Assembly (NCBI GenBank): GCA_964016885.1
Contig: OZ024744.1
Span: 33,604,001 to 33,668,000, forward strand
Length of the DNA stretch: 64,000 nt
DNA from: Eledone cirrhosa
Taxonomy: Eukaryota
Reading direction: 5' to 3'
Under the pieces are notes generated by a model. It was not told the DNA's origin and ran no database searches. It saw nothing but the letters and a program-made list of their open reading frames with translations. A program made the position numbers and the translations under genes. Positions 1 to 14,142 of this stretch are shown here, piece by piece (position 1 is the stretch's first letter; every line of letters begins with the position of its first letter).

Positions 1-2787
1 ATCCTCAAAGCAACAGCAAATACGGTGAGGAACCTACTTGGTATAAAAGCGAGAGGAAACAACAGACAAGAAAGAGCAGAGCCTTGGTGGAAGAAACGAC
101 TGAGTGGTCAAATCAGGGAAATGAGAAATTATATTGGAAAGCTTGAGTCCCTACTGAATGGGACACTAAAAAACATAGACACTAAAAATAGACTGGAAAT
201 AAAGTACAAAATTAGGAGGAAAAATCTAAATATTATCATAGAGGAACTGAAGCAACGCATTGTAGCAAAGAGTGCAAAAATCAGGCGATACGAGAACAGA
301 GTCAGTCAGTATAGACAGAACCGCATGTTGGACAACAACCAGAAGATGCTGTTTGGACAGCTTGAAGGGAAAGAAAGAGGCAACGACTTGATCCTGAGGC
401 GGGACAAACTAAAACATTCTGGAGAGGAATATGGGAGCAGGATGTTAAACATAATGACCAGGCAGTGTGGATTGAGACAATACAGAAGGAGATTAGTGAA
501 TAGGCATACCAACAAACTGATTTGAGTATCACAGTTGAAACTCTTAAGGGGCAGGCCAAAAAACTAACCAACTGGAAATCACCAGGCCCAGATGGTGTGC
601 AGGGGTATTGGATTAAAAATATAACATCCCTCCACCCGAAACTGACAACCATGTTCAATGACTGATTGATGTCAGGTGAGGTACCAGAGTGGTTGACAAA
701 AGGTACCACAGTTCTGATAATGAAAGACCGAATCAAGGGTAATGATGTTACCAACTATAGACCTATCACATGTCTGTCCGCAATGTGGAAACTGTTGACA
801 AGCATTATGTCTGAGGAAATCTACCATCACCTCCACACAAACAACTTGTTACCGGAAGAACAGAAAGGATGCCGAAAGAAGTCACGTGGTACAAAGGACC
901 AGTTACTTATTGATAAGATGGTAATGAGGAATTGCAAGAGGAGACACACTGGTCTTGCCATGGGATGGATAGACTACAAAAAGGCATTTGACATGGTGCC
1001 TCATTCTTGGATCACCAAAAGCCTGGAGATCTTCAAGGTGGCAGATAACATCAGACAGTTGTTGGGCAAAAGTATGAAGTCCTGGGAAACAGAGTTAACA
1101 TCAACTGGAGAATCCTTGGGAAGCGTGAAGATCAAGAGAGGTATCTTCCAGGGAGATAGTCTGTCCCCTCTGTTGTTTGTCCTTGCCCTGATGCCCCTGA
1201 CCAGTGTACTGCGAAAAGTGAGAGCAGGATACAGGTTGGGAAAGGGAGGGCTTACCATCAATCACCTCCTCTTCATGGACGATCTTAAGCTCTTCGGGAA
1301 GAGTGAGAAGGAGTTGGATGTGCTTGTTGACACTGTCCGTATTTTCAACAATGATATATGTATGCAATTTGGTATTAGTAAGTGTGGAGTCATTGTGATG
1401 AAGAGGGGTAAGTTGAGCAGAAGTAACGGAATCCAGGTACCAACAGGTGAGATGATAAAGGAAATTGACTCTGAAGAAGGATACAAGTATTTGGGCGTTC
1501 TGGAGGCTGATGACATCAAGAACAAAAAAATGAATGAATTGATAAGAACCGAATATATTCGGAGAGTAAGGAGCGTATTAAAGTCACATCTGAACAGTAG
1601 GAATGCCATAAGTGCAGTAAATTCCCGAGCTGTGTCTATTATTAGGTACAGTGCGGGAATTCTGAGATGGAATGTTGCTGAACAAAAAGAAATGGATAGG
1701 AAGACTAGGAAGCTATTGACTATCTACAACATGTTCCACAAGAGGAGTGATGTCGATAGACTCTACTTAAGGAGATCTGAAAGTGGAAGAGGTCTTATCA
1801 GCATAGAGGACTGTGTTCAGATGGAGAAAAACAACCTACACAAATACGTGACTGATAGTAAGGAGCCAATGCTCAGAACTCTCCTGAAGGAGGGGACAAT
1901 AGGCCAGGGGATGTCCAAGGAGGAAATAACATCAAGGAGGAAGAGCAGCCTTAAGGGAAAATCCCTTCATAGTACCTTTTTTGAGAAAACTGAATTTAGA
2001 GATCCACAGACATGGAACTGGTTGAAAAGAGGAGACCTTAAAAAGGCTACAGAAGGAATGTTAATGGCTGCACAGGAGCAGGCCCTCAAAACGAAGTGGT
2101 TGAAACACCACATTTACAAGGAGGAGGCTAGCCCACTGTGCAGGATCTGTGGACAGAGAGAGGAGACTGTGGCTCACATTGTATCCGAGTGTAAACACCT
2201 AGCCCAGACTCAGTATAAGGGCTGGAGACATGATGTGATGGGCAGGGTGATCCACTGGCACCTATGCAAAGTAAACAATTTACCACATTTTGAGAAATGG
2301 TATGAGCATAGGCCAGAGTCGGTGATAGAAAACGATCAGGTAAAGGTGCTGTGGGATTTTAGGATACAGACGGACAAGAAACTTGACACAATAGACCTGA
2401 CCTGGTGGTTGTGGACAAAGAAAAAAGATCGTGCCTGATTGTGGATGTGGCCTGCCCATTCGACACGAGAGTGCAAGAGAAGGAGAGGGAGAAAATTAAC
2501 CGATACCAGGACTTAAAGTGGGAGGTAAAAAGGATTTGGAACTGCCATGAATTCAAAGTGGTCCCGATTGTCATAGGCGCACTAGGGACTATCTCAAAAA
2601 GTTTCCAGGGATGGTTAAAGAAAATTGGCCCCTTAACGCTTTTTGGAACGCTTCAAAAGGCATGCTTGCTGGGAACAGCAAGAACCCTCCGATACGTCCT
2701 GAATATCTGAGGCTGCAGGTAGTGGCTTGATATTCATTCCAACGGACTTTCCAGTTAACTAACATCAATGACTGAGACTCGAAGAGT
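1..2787 (+). mobile_element. R4/Dong-type non-LTR retrotransposon (RT + CCHC + restriction-like endonuclease), frameshifted, 5' part outside window
   Basis: ORFs 25-525, 666-2438 and 2405-2710 join by frameshifts. RT motifs [23 protein letters not shown]; zinc knuckle [14 protein letters not shown]; RHD; RLE segment IVDVACP..EKINRYQDL; ends in (TAA)n at about 2787. Confidence 0.93.
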
Positions 2788-2817
2788 AATAACAATAATA
2801 ATAATAATAATAATAAT
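2787..2817. repeat. (TAA)n tract shared by the 3' ends of the Dong-type LINE (+) and the Tx1 LINE (-)
   Basis: taataacaataataataataataataataat lies directly between the two 3' UTRs. Confidence 0.9.
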
Positions 2818-5800
2818 GAATTCTTTATTAACCACCACAAGGGTTTACATAAAGTAGACATTAAGGACAGTACAGGACAATACAGGGCGGTACAAATGGG
2901 CATTTCTGCGTGTAAAAAAAACAAGAATCAGAGGATGTAATAATAGAACAATGAAAAAAAATTCCCAAATAGGGGGGAGACTTCCGAGGGACATTGGTGG
3001 AGAAAGCCCATTAAAAAGCCACAGTGACCCTGACCACCAAGGCAAGTGCCCTCTCCCAGTTTTCCACCTTTAATTTAGAGACACATACTCAGAGAAGGCC
3101 CATTCACTCGAGCCATACTTGCTTCTCTCACCCATCTTTCAACAAAATGCTGGGAAGAGAGCACTTCCCTCTCTACCCTGATTTTCCTTTTCAAATGAAA
3201 TTTGAAAAAGTCAATCAGGGCATCACCGAAGAGGTAAGTGCTCGTCTTCAGCCCTTTCAAACGTGTCCACCATACTATCTCTTTCGCCATGGCCACCAGA
3301 CAGATAAAAACTGCCTGCCCTTCCAGGCTAAAGGAAGAGGGCGGGGCAATCCTCACGATGGACTCAGATGATAGCCGGATCCGTCCTACACGCGACAGCA
3401 GGTCTTCGACATAAACCCACAAGTCAGCAAATTTAGGACACTGGACGAGTGCGTGCAGGACGGTTTCGTCGCCCTGCGCGCATCTCGGACATGCCCGGCT
3501 GACGGCACCTCCATGCCTGTAGAGTTTATCCCGAACTGGCAAGGCTCCTCGGTAGCACTGCCAGGCCAGAGATTTCTGGAAGTTGTCCATAGGCCCCAGC
3601 CCGAAAGTTCTTTCGAAGAGATTGGCTAGTTGATTTTCGTCGACGCCTAGAGTTTCCCCAAGTACGTCGTCGCTCTTCCCCTCCACTAATCCTCTATAGA
3701 ACGCCGAGGTGGAGTTTCCACCGATCACATTGCCCGATTGGTCGAGGGCTGTGAGCGCCTGAAGACATTCCAGTCTCCAAGCGCTCCCTCTCGGTCTTCG
3801 CTTGACCCAGGACTGCAGCTCCGTCAAGGAGACGAGCTGGGGAAAGACGTGACTAGCAAACGGCGACCACACCTGATCACCGTCGAGGAAGAGGTGGAGA
3901 TGTGGTAGCCTGAGCGCGTGTCTGCGCATCATCAACCACGGCACGCCCAACCCTCCACGTAGCGGGTGTTGACTGCAGATGGACCGCCGGAGCATCGGAG
4001 CGCGTCCCTTCCACAAAAAGCGAAAGAGCAAACGCTCCAGCGCAGTCAGGCGGGGCTTAGGACAAGGTACGACTGTCAGGCGGTAGCAGATGACGGACGC
4101 GATGTACGCGTTAGCCACCTCCGCTCAACCTTTCAGCGATAGCTTCCTCTCCGCCCATTTCTGGGTGAGAGAAGCCACCCTGCTCACCTCGTCCCAGTTT
4201 TTGTCCGTCTGGAGATCCGGACCGAACCAGACCCCTAACAATTTAACCGGTCCGTCCGTCCAGCGCCTGACTACGCTGTTGGACGGCATGGCCCTGCCTC
4301 TCCAGGTGCCGAGCTGCAGGCCCACTGACTTTTCCTGGTTGATCATTGCTCCTGTCACCGCTTCGTATTCTCTTAGTGTAGTGCCGATCGCCTTGATGTG
4401 TTTGGCATTCGACACCACTACGGTGACATCGTCCGCATATGCTGACACGGATCTTCCGCATCTTAGTTCGCGCGGGACTCCCCACAACGTCTCCAGTTTG
4501 TGCATTAATGGCTCGAGAGTCAATACGTACAAGAGGGACGAGAGGAGACATCATTGGCGGACCGAGCGCATGATGTTGAATGGTTCCGAAAGGTAACCGT
4601 TAACTCTAACCACAGAGCAGATGTCGCTGTGTATGGCAGTGATCCAGGCTCTGGAGACGGGCCAAAGCCAGCCGCCTTCAGGACTGCCGCTAGGTAACGA
4701 TGGTCGACCCTATCGAAAGCTTTCGACTGATTTAAATTGATCAAGGACCCACCCGTGCCAGGTTCCCTAGCTACACTCTCTACGATGTATCGAATTGGTT
4801 TAGGTTGTCGTGGATGGATCTGTCGGAAATGGCGCATGTCTGCGCCTCTCCCACCAGACCACCAACGACAAGCGCCAATCTCTTTGCTAGCACCTTGGCC
4901 AAAATGTTGAACTCTGTGTTTATCAGAGTTATGGGCCTGAGATTATCTATGTTATCCCCCTTGTTCGGATCCTTTCTCAGCAGCGCCACAGCTCCTCGGC
5001 TCACAGAACTGGGAATTCTCCCGTTCTGTTGCCAGTTGCAGTAGACGTCCGCCAAGAGGCCTCCGAACAAGTCTGGCATTTGTACGTAAAGTTCATAGGG
5101 CAGACCATCCAAACCAGGCAATTTACCCCTTGTGCAGCCAGTCATTGCCTAACGTACTTCAGCGGCTGTTATCGGCTTTTCGCAACACTCCGCCTCAGTG
5201 GCCGAGAGCCGCGGAAGTCCGTCGAGGTAGACACTAAAGTCCATCCCTTGATTCGGCCCGCCGCTGCCCCCGAACAGCTGGGCGAAGTGTCGCTGGAAAG
5301 CTTCACACATTTGCCCGGGATCGAGTAGCATGCGCCCGTCGTGGTCGACCAAAGACCGGATCGTGGCTTTGTTGCCACGACGCGCCTCCGCCAATCGGGC
5401 CCATTTAACGGCTTTCGTCCCCTCGTGTCTGCGAGCACGCACCCTAGCTCTGACAACGCAGTCTTCGTGCTTTGCATTGAAGAATTGGTCAAGAGCCAAT
5501 TTCGCCGCAAGTACGTCGGTCGCGATGCCTTTGCTAAGCGCCTCGTCTAATTTTCTAACTAATTCTCCCTCTGCTCTATTTTTCTCTGTTGCTAAAGCCT
5601 TACTAAACCTAATGGACTCTATTCTAATCGCTCTTTTCAGAGCAAACCACCACTTGTTGTTGACGATGGCCCCCGTCAAAGCCCGCTTACTAGTTCGCTA
5701 ATCCGGTCTCTGTAGGCCTTGCGCGCTGGTAAGGACGCGTTTAGCTTCCAGTAGCCGGGTCCTCGTCTATGAAGCCTATCTAAGTCAAGCACACAGATCA

Positions 5801-8302
5801 CGAATTTGTGGTCTGTGTAGCTGACTATCTCGAATTGTGGACGGCCTATGCTAGACCTATCTATTTCCCTACAAAATACTCTATCTAGATATGATCTGGA
5901 TGACCCTATGCGATTTGTCCAAGTCCACATTAGCACATTCGGGAAATCCAATCGGTACCTGTCAGACAGTTCAAAACGCCTGAGCAAGTTGGTGAGGCTC
6001 TTGCACCCTCCTCCCCTATCCGCTGATCCCACACAGTCCCAGCGTACATCTAAGATCCCGTTCCAGTCGCCCACTAACACTAAAGAGCGGGACGTTCCAA
6101 GAAAGGTCTCCAGACGCCGGAAGAAATCAGGCCGCCCTGCTCCTGTCGGGGCATAGACGGCCACTAGCCTGAAAGCTTGCCCGTCTCCGCTGGTCACGTC
6201 CAGCCCACCAACTTACCTTCTCCGAAAAAGCACAGCAACTCCACCTCCCTATTCAGGACGGCTGAGAGATGCGTACACATCGTAGCCGTCGAAGATCGGT
6301 GCGAAGGCCCCAGCTTCGGAGATTCTGGTCTCGCTGATGGCCTCTACATCTATGTTTAGTGACCTGAGGTCGTTGAGCAGGTGGCCCTGCTTCCATGACG
6401 ACCCCAAGCCACGCGCATTTATGCTGCCTATTCTGAGTGAGGTCATGTTGAAATGGAGTGGAAAAGATGGGAAAGACCACTTACTTTACTTCTCGTAGAG
6501 GAAGGATGGTTTCTCCATCCTTTTCACTGCTTGTGGCCTCCTCCGGAAGGATGTCCTTATAAATCCCCCTGGAGAGTGCTTGTCGGAGGTCTCCGATGTC
6601 TTTGGGGAATTTTTGTTTTAGTGTCGTGTTCGTTTTCTCTGTGATGCAAATGATTTGTATGTGTGGAGGTTGTGTGAACTTTTGGGTTGTTGTGTAGTCT
6701 TTTTCTGTGATGCTGGTGTTGCGTTGGATGTAGTGTAATAATTGGTTGTTGTTCAAATTTAATGCTGTGTAATGTGTATCGTTTTGGTTGTTTTGTTTTG
6801 TTTGCGTTTGTTGTGGGTTTGTTTCTGTTTCACTTTTTGGTGACTTTTGTGGTGTTGGTGATGGTGGTGTTGGGGTTAATGATGGTGATCGTGTTGGTGT
6901 TTGTCGTGATGGGGTTGGTGATGCTGGTGTGGATGGTGGCATATCTGTCCTTGCTTTTTTGTTTGATAGTTTATTTGTTTCCCTCTGTATTTTGTTTTTG
7001 GAGGGGGAAGGAAGAGAATTTTTTCTTTTTTGGTTTCTTTTTTTCTTTTTTCCTGATACCGTTTCCCACTCCTCGTCGTCACAATCTGTCTCCAGTTGTG
7101 ATAGGCCGGGGAGTGGAAAATCCTCCACAGGCGTTGGTTTTGGTTGTGGCGTGGTGGATGGTGTAGGTGCTGGTGTTAGTTCTGGGGCGTTGGGTGGTGG
7201 TGGTGTTGGTTTGCTACTGTTGCTGGGGTTGTTGCTGTTACAGTTGCTTCTGTTGTTGCTGCTACAGTTTTTGCTGCCATCTCTGCTGCTGGTGGTGTTG
7301 ATGGTTGAGTCACTGGGGTGGGTAAGAGAGGTGACCTCAACCTTTTAGCCTGATGGCAAAAGCCCTTAGGTGGGTTCCTTCACCACAAACGACACACCTA
7401 GGCCTTCTGCCCTCGACAATTACGATGAGGTGGCTGCCGTCAGTGAGGTCTATTACCTCTGGGATCTCCTCAATGCCTTTTCGTTCCACTCGGCGCGATT
7501 TTATGTTAATTGTTCGATAAGACACGGTGCATAGGCGCCGATGCTCCATTTTATTAGGTGGGAGGGAGGGACTGACCTTGTACCCATCTTTCTTTACCGT
7601 TTTTTTTACTTCTAATTCTTCCTGAGTTACCTGAAATGCTTCGCACTGTTTTGCTACTCTGGCAAAACTCAGGGTGGTTTTCTTAATTTCATTGTTGTTG
7701 TTGTTGTTGTTATCGTTATTTTTGTTATTGTTAATTTTAGTTTCAGTTGTGGTGGTGGTGGCGTCAGTGGTGTTCGGTGTGGAAGAGTTCATTTTGGTTG
7801 AATTCATTTCGATATCACGAGTTAATTTATTTTCTCTTTTGTTTCTGTTGTTGTGGTTGTGGTGGGGGTGGTGGTTGTCGCGGTGGTGGTGGTGGTGGCG
7901 GCGGCTTTAACACCTGCAGTCATTGGTAATGGCGGGAAATGAATATCTGCCTGAGACAAATTTAAAATATTGCTACTGCTTATATTTTTAGTGTTGGCAA
8001 ACGTAGTAATATTTACAATGGTGGTGTCGGTGTGAAGTGTTAGTTTGTGAGGAAGGCTGTCAGCTTCGTGTGGCTGTGAGTCGTCCATATTTTTTTCAAA
8101 GAAAGTTTTTTTTTTATAATTATAAAAGTTTAAATTTTGGGGCCAAGGCCCCATTCTTTTTGAGTGTCCTTTTCGGAAAACGATGTATGTGCACTTATAT
8201 ACAGTTAACAATAAAAATTTTCCATAGATGGCAATTTTAAACAAACGAAAACATCAAACATTTGCGGAGCTCACGATGATACGATTTACTACGTAGGTCG
8301 CC
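2818..8302 (-). mobile_element. Near full-length Tx1-clade (L1 group) LINE, about 5.5 kb, ORF1 and ORF2 broken by frameshifts
   Basis: ORF2 pieces: APE (6446 MTSLRIGSINARGL; VYAP, GDWN, SYLDR, TDH, GYWKLN), RT (PGLDGLP, LRPITLIN, KAFDRVDH, SAYADDV), C-terminal CPRC..ETVLHALVQC. ORF1 remnant 7807-7337 with degenerate knuckle CVVCGEGTH. 3' AATAAA then (ATT)n. Confidence 0.92.
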
Positions 8303-9352
8303 AATAATAATAATAATAATGATTTCTTTATTGGCCACAAGGGCTGACATCAAGAAAAACATTACAGACGGCACAGGACGGTACGATGTGGGTTTTGTGC
8401 GTATAAATATTTTTATTATTTATATAAGAAAAGAAAAAAAAGATATCGAAACATATATATATATAAACGATAAAAATGAAAATTGAAACAATGAAAAATT
8501 CCCCAATAGGGGGGAATCCTCCGAGGGTTACTCGTGGCGAAAACCACACAAAAGACCACGGCCACCCTGACCACCAGGGCAAGCGCCTTCTCTCAATGTT
8601 TCCATCTCTCAAACTACAAACGTATATTCAGAGCGGTCCCGTTCACTCGGACCATTCTCGCTACATTCACCCACCTTTCAACAAACTTGCTAGAAGGCAG
8701 CACTTGCCTCTCCACCCTGATTTTCCTCTTCAAGTGAAACTTGAAAAAGTTAATTAGGGATTCGCTGAAGAGGAAAGTGTCTGTCTTTAACTCTTTCAAC
8801 CTTGTCCACCACACAATCTCTTTCGCCATGGCCACCAGGCAGATGAAAACCGCCTGCCCTTCCTCCTCGAAGGAAGCCGGCGAGACCATCTGCACAATGG
8901 ACTCAGTCGATAACCGGATCAGTCCTACACGCGACAGCAACTGTTCGACATAGCTCCACAAGTCAGCAATGCTCGGACACTGAATGAGTGCGTGCACGAT
9001 GGTTTCGTCGCTTTGCGCGCATCTCGGACAGGCTCGGCTGACGGCACTTCCGTGCCTGTAGAGCTTATCTCGAACCGGCAGCGCTCCCCGGTAGCACTTC
9101 CAGGCCAGGGACTTTTGGAAGTTATCCATAGGCCCTGGGCTGAAAGTTCTCCGGAAGAGAGCAAACAGTTGATCTTCTTCGACGCCCAGGATCTCTCCGA
9201 GAACGTCGTCGCTCTTCCCCTCCACTAGTCCTCTATAGAACGCCGAGGTGGATGTTCCACCGATACTAGTGCCCCGCTGGCAGAGAGCAGTGAGCGCCTG
9301 GAGACATTCCAGTTTCCAAGCGCTATGCCTCGGTCTTTTTCTGACCCAACAC
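8303..9352 (-). mobile_element. 5'-truncated second Tx1 LINE (related family), head-to-tail with the first
   Basis: ORF 8614-9225 is homologous to the C-terminal half of 3075-4118; 3' end CCCTTGTGGCCAATAAAGAAATC(ATT)n abuts the 5' end of the first copy. Confidence 0.92.
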
Positions 9353-9655
9353 TATTAATAATTATTAATTAATGCACTCGTTCAATGCCTGTGCGTGACG
9401 AATATTTTTAAAGTGAGGAAAGACTGTGCACTGAGCCAATCCAACTCCCTGAGCGACAGTAGCTATAACCCGTAAAGACGAAAAGATCAACATCATCGGT
9501 AACTACTGAGCGGCATGATTTATGTCGGAGTTAACCCACTTTCCTGAGATGCCTTCTCCTAGAAAAATGCCCTGACAAGGTCTAGGGGTTCTTCACTCCC
9601 AGTGTTTTAACTGCGCGATCGGGTATCCAGCCCGACTATTTCTATGTCCCCGCGC
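9353..9655 (-). mobile_element. Internal fragment of RTE-derived non-autonomous element, family B
   Basis: Aligns by eye with 25355-25630 and, inverted, with 40285-40520. Confidence 0.75.
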
Positions 9656-9669
9656 AAAAAAAAAAAATC

Positions 9670-10260
9670 ACTTATTGACCATAACAGACCAGATATTATG
9701 ATATGGGACAGGGAGAAGAAAGCATGCACAGTACTTGAAATTAGCTGCCCAGCAGATGCCAATATAATATCAAAGATTAGTGAAAAGGCGAATATTTATG
9801 CAGAACTGATGAGAAATCTGCAGATACTCCACCTTGATTACACTTTCAGATTTATGCATGTGATTATTGGGGCACTGGGGTATGTTAGTAACTGCCTCAA
9901 TACAAATCTTGTGAAGCTAGGCTTCACAAGAACAGAAAGAACACAAATAGTTAGGAAATTACAAGTACAATCCATTAATGGAACAGTAAAAATATGTAAA
10001 ACATTCCAAAAATGTTGCATCTAATAACTGTATATACACATGTACAGATGCAAAGCATAACACATGCACACATACAACTCAAAGCATCCACATCCACACA
10101 CACAATAACATCCATATCTACACATGCATGCGTGCATGCATACATACATATCTACCTAGTTGATGTTGTGTAAATTCCAATGAGAGAGTCTTGTGTCTAT
10201 GTTAGAAACCGACTCTCTTTCTATTGGTAAAACTTTGTGAAATTATAAAACCAGAAGAAC
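9670..10260 (+). mobile_element. 3' fragment of RLE-type (R4-like) LINE ending in (CATA)n
   Basis: ORF 9644-10024 has HNRPDIMIWD..VLEISCP..K..Y..L..VIIGALG (PD-(D/E)xK RLE). 3' UTR hairpin gagagagtc/gactctctt; terminus aaaaccagaagaac(atac)n recurs at 26099-26130. Confidence 0.85.
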
Positions 10261-10360
10261 ATACATACATACATACATACATACATACATACATACATAC
10301 ATACATACATACATACATACATACATACATACATACATACATACATACATACATACATAC

Positions 10361-10845
10361 ATGGTGGCTGCCAACTCGTTTTCGAGTACGGCCACTACTT
10401 TATATCCATGTAGGAGAACCCCTACCGATGCGCTGAACGAGTGTGACTTTTTAATCCAGCCAGCGACTTGAAAACTCTGGTACAAACACTACACTTGTGA
10501 CAATTATTGACACATAGTGCTGGTCCCATGGTACCATGTGACGACAAGCGCAGAGAGATCTCCAGATATAAAGCAATGCCTGTGCCGTGAAGCTTTTATA
10601 GTGAGCAAAGGCACTGCACAAAGCCAGTCCCACTCTCTTAACCAAGATGATATTTACCAAAAAGAAGAACAAGTCAACATCATTGGATATCATCAGGGTT
10701 GCAGGTGTTATATCAGAGTTTTCCTTCTCCTAGAATTCTGCCTTGACAAAGGCTAAGGGTCATCTCTCCCGGTGATTTTGGATGGCCACAGTCGTTAGCG
10801 ACTAAACGGGCAACCCCACCAAGGTTTCTTGGTGAGGAGAGTGAC
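10361..10845 (-). mobile_element. RTE-derived bipartite non-autonomous element, family A, with inverted 5' segment
   Basis: Highly similar to 32450-33059; 10790-10845 matches the 5' part of that copy in opposite orientation; (CATA)n on both sides. Confidence 0.8.
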
Positions 10846-11252
10846 ATACATACATACATACATACATACATACATACATACATACATACATACATACATA
10901 CGTACATGATGGCTGCCCCCTCGTTATCGAGTATGGCCATTGCACGAGAAAAAAATAAAATATATATATAAATAACAATAATAATAATAATAACAACAAT
11001 AATAATAACGACAACAACAACAATAATAATATACATATATATATACACACACACGCACACACTCAAATATATCTATACACACACACGATATAAATTAACA
11101 GTGCTGCGATCGAATGTGGCTTATTAGCCCAGCTAATGACCTAAAATGTCTTGCACAGAGTCGGCAACCAAAACATTCACTGGGAATAGTCGGCTGTGGT
11201 TGGAGTATATACATACATACATACATACATACGTACATACATACATACATAC

Positions 11253-11512
11253 ATGGTGGCTGCCAACTCGTTTTCGAGTACGGCCACTACTTTATATCCA
11301 TGTAGGAGAACCCCTACCGATGCGCTGAACGAGTGTGACTTTTTAGTCCAGCCAGTGACTTGAAAACTCTGGTACAAACACTACACTTGTGACAATTATT
11401 GACACATAGTGCTGGTCCCATGGTACCATGTGACGACAAGTGCAAAGAGATCTCCAGATATAAAGCAATGCCTGTGCCGTGAAGCTTTTATAGTGAGCAA
11501 AGGCACTTTGCA
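11253..11512 (-). mobile_element. 5'-truncated family A copy
   Basis: Same 3' end (ggcagccaccat(gtat)n on the minus strand) as the other copies. Confidence 0.85.
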
Positions 11513-11857
11513 TATATGTGTATATATATGTATATATATGTATATATATGTATATGTGTATATATATATGTATATATATGTATATATGTATATATATATA
11601 TGTATATATATATGTATATATATATGTATATATATGTATATATATATATGTATATATATGTATATATATATGTATATATATGTATATATATGTATATATA
11701 TGTATATGTATGTATATATGTATATATATATATATGTATATATGTGTATATATGTGTATATATATGTGTGTATGTATGTATATATATGTATATGTATGTG
11801 TATGTGTATATGTGTATGTACATACATACATACATACATACGTACATACGTACATAC

Positions 11858-11888
<31 letters not shown>

Positions 11889-11895
11889 CATACAT

Positions 11896-11932
<37 letters not shown>

Positions 11933-12077
11933 TACATACATACATACATACGCACGTACGTACGTACATACGTACGTACATACATACATACATACATACA
12001 TACATACATACATACATACGTACGTACGTACATACATACATACATACGTACGTACATACATACATACATACATACAT

Positions 12078-12110
<33 letters not shown>

Positions 12111-12145
12111 TACATACATACATACATACATACATACATACACAC

Positions 12146-12180
<35 letters not shown>

Positions 12181-12189
12181 TACATACAT

Positions 12190-12220
<31 letters not shown>

Positions 12221-12410
12221 TACATACATACATACATACATACATACATACATACATACATACACACACACATACATACATACATACATACATACATACA
12301 TACACACACACACATACATACATACACACACACATACATACACACATACATACATACATACATACATACATACATACATACATACATACATACATACATA
12401 CACACGTACA
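11512..12410. repeat. Compound microsatellite (TA/TATG, then CATA/CA)
   Basis: About 900 bp of pure short-unit repeats; source of the spurious YI/HT/MYVC ORFs. Confidence 0.98.
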
Positions 12411-12849
12411 TAGTAGTATGTATTAATTTTCATCTTAAAACAGATGTTTTAAACGCTTAGGTCCTTTAGTGCAAAAAAGACAAAGATTACGTTAAACAAA
12501 TTAGGAAGTTTAAATAGCTGAAATTTTGAATCATGTCTTCTTTCGGGATCTGAAATTTCATTTTTTGTTATGTATTCTTTACCAATCTTTGTATTTGATT
12601 TCTGCTTTATGATAGGACAGAGGTTCTGAAACTTTTGGGGCCACCGCCTACGCCCTTCACGTAATAACCTCGGCGCATCCCACCCCTATTTCCAGACAGA
12701 TCTGCCTATCCAAATTATAAATAATATATTATAAAATAAAATAGTGAGATTATATATTATAATAATACAATATATATTATGTATGAATATATATATTATA
12801 TTTTATTAATTCATATATAATGTTTCATTTGATATTTTATAACTGCTGG

Positions 12850-13113
12850 TAGTGACGTAGGGGCGACATACAGAGTTACTTGGACATTTAAAGCTTAGAG
12901 GAGTCCATCCTTCTCCACGTCCGAGACTACAGCAGATTTCTTCCAGATAAAAAGTGAGAAAGAGATATGGAGGAAGAATCGATCCTAGTAAATGAATGGT
13001 AGTTTTTTTTTTTTTTTCATCGACCTCGAAAGGAGGAAAGGGAAAGTTGACATCGGTGCGATTTGAACTGAGAGGGCAGAGAACCGGAACGAAACGACTC
13101 TGCCAATTCGCCT
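12850..13113 (-). mobile_element. Degenerate tRNA-derived CORE-type SINE, long-tail subfamily
   Basis: B-box-like gttcaaatc and tttcctcctttcgaggtcgat on the minus strand; tail matches 54560-54856. Confidence 0.7.
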
Positions 13114-13446
13114 ATTTCATATGTCTATTATAAAAATATTATAAATAATAAATTCATAGCGTACCCCCCCCCCCCCCCCAATCCACCGCCAAAAAAGAGA
13201 CTTTTCGAAATACGAAAATATATGCTTACTTAATGAAATAATGCATAAATTTACAAGGCATATTGGAGAAGTCGATAGTATAGCACTAAAACAGCCCATC
13301 CAGATAAGTTTTTAGGGAGGGGGTTCAAATAGAAGGATGAGTTTGGTGAAGTAAAAGTAGCCTCTCTATCTCACCCACCCACCCCTGTCCGCAACATCCT
13401 TACACTGGGAATAGAACATATCCATCCCATACTGTAAAGCGATCGT

Positions 13447-14142
13447 GTGTCACGACAAAAATCACCCAGTCCGCACTGTAATGTGGCTATGTAGGTGTCA
13501 CAACAAAAATCACCCAGTCCGCACTGTAATGTGGCTATGTAGGTGTCACAACAAAAATCACCCAGTCCGCACTGTAATGTGGCTATGTAGGTGTCACAAC
13601 AAAAATCACCCAGTCCGCACTGTAATGTGGCTATGTAGGTGTCACAACAAAAATCACCCAGTCCGCACTGTAATGTGGCTATGTAGGTGTCACAACAAAA
13701 ATCACCCAGTCCGCACTGTAATGTGGCTATGTAGGTGTCACAACACAAATCACCCAGTCCGCACTGTAATGTGGCTATGTAGGTGTCACAACAAAAATAA
13801 CCCAGTCCGCACTGTAATGTGGCTATGTAGGTGTCACAACAAAAATCACCCAGTCCGCACTGTAATGTGGCTATGTAGGTGTCACAACAAAAATAACCCA
13901 GTCCGCACTGTAATGTGGCTATGTAGGTGTCACAACAAAAATAACCCAGTCCGCACTGTAATGTGGCTATGTAGGTGTCACAACAAAAATCACCCAGTCC
14001 GCACTGTAATGTGGCTATGTAGGTGTCACAACAAAAATCACCCAGTCCGCACTGTAATGTGGCTATGTAGGTGTCACAACAAAAATCACCCAGTCCGCAC
14101 TGTAATGTGGCTATGTAGGTGTCACAACAAAAAGCACCCAGC
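13447..14142. repeat. 48-bp minisatellite, about 14.5 near-identical copies
   Basis: Unit gtgtcacaacaaaaatcacccagtccgcactgtaatgtggctatgtag, no spacers. Confidence 0.97.

Noticed and set aside
11343-12460. Long ORFs of 190-350 aa (MYVC/YI/HT repeats) here and at other microsatellites
   Set aside because: Stop-free translations of simple repeats.
12617-12700. hAT-like terminus cagaggttctgaaact
   Set aside because: No matching second end or target duplication found.
13447-14142. Possible CRISPR array, or Cys-rich repeat protein (ORFs 13371-14231, 13445-14188)
   Set aside because: Units are contiguous with no unique spacers and there are no cas genes; the ORFs exist only because 48 is a multiple of 3.
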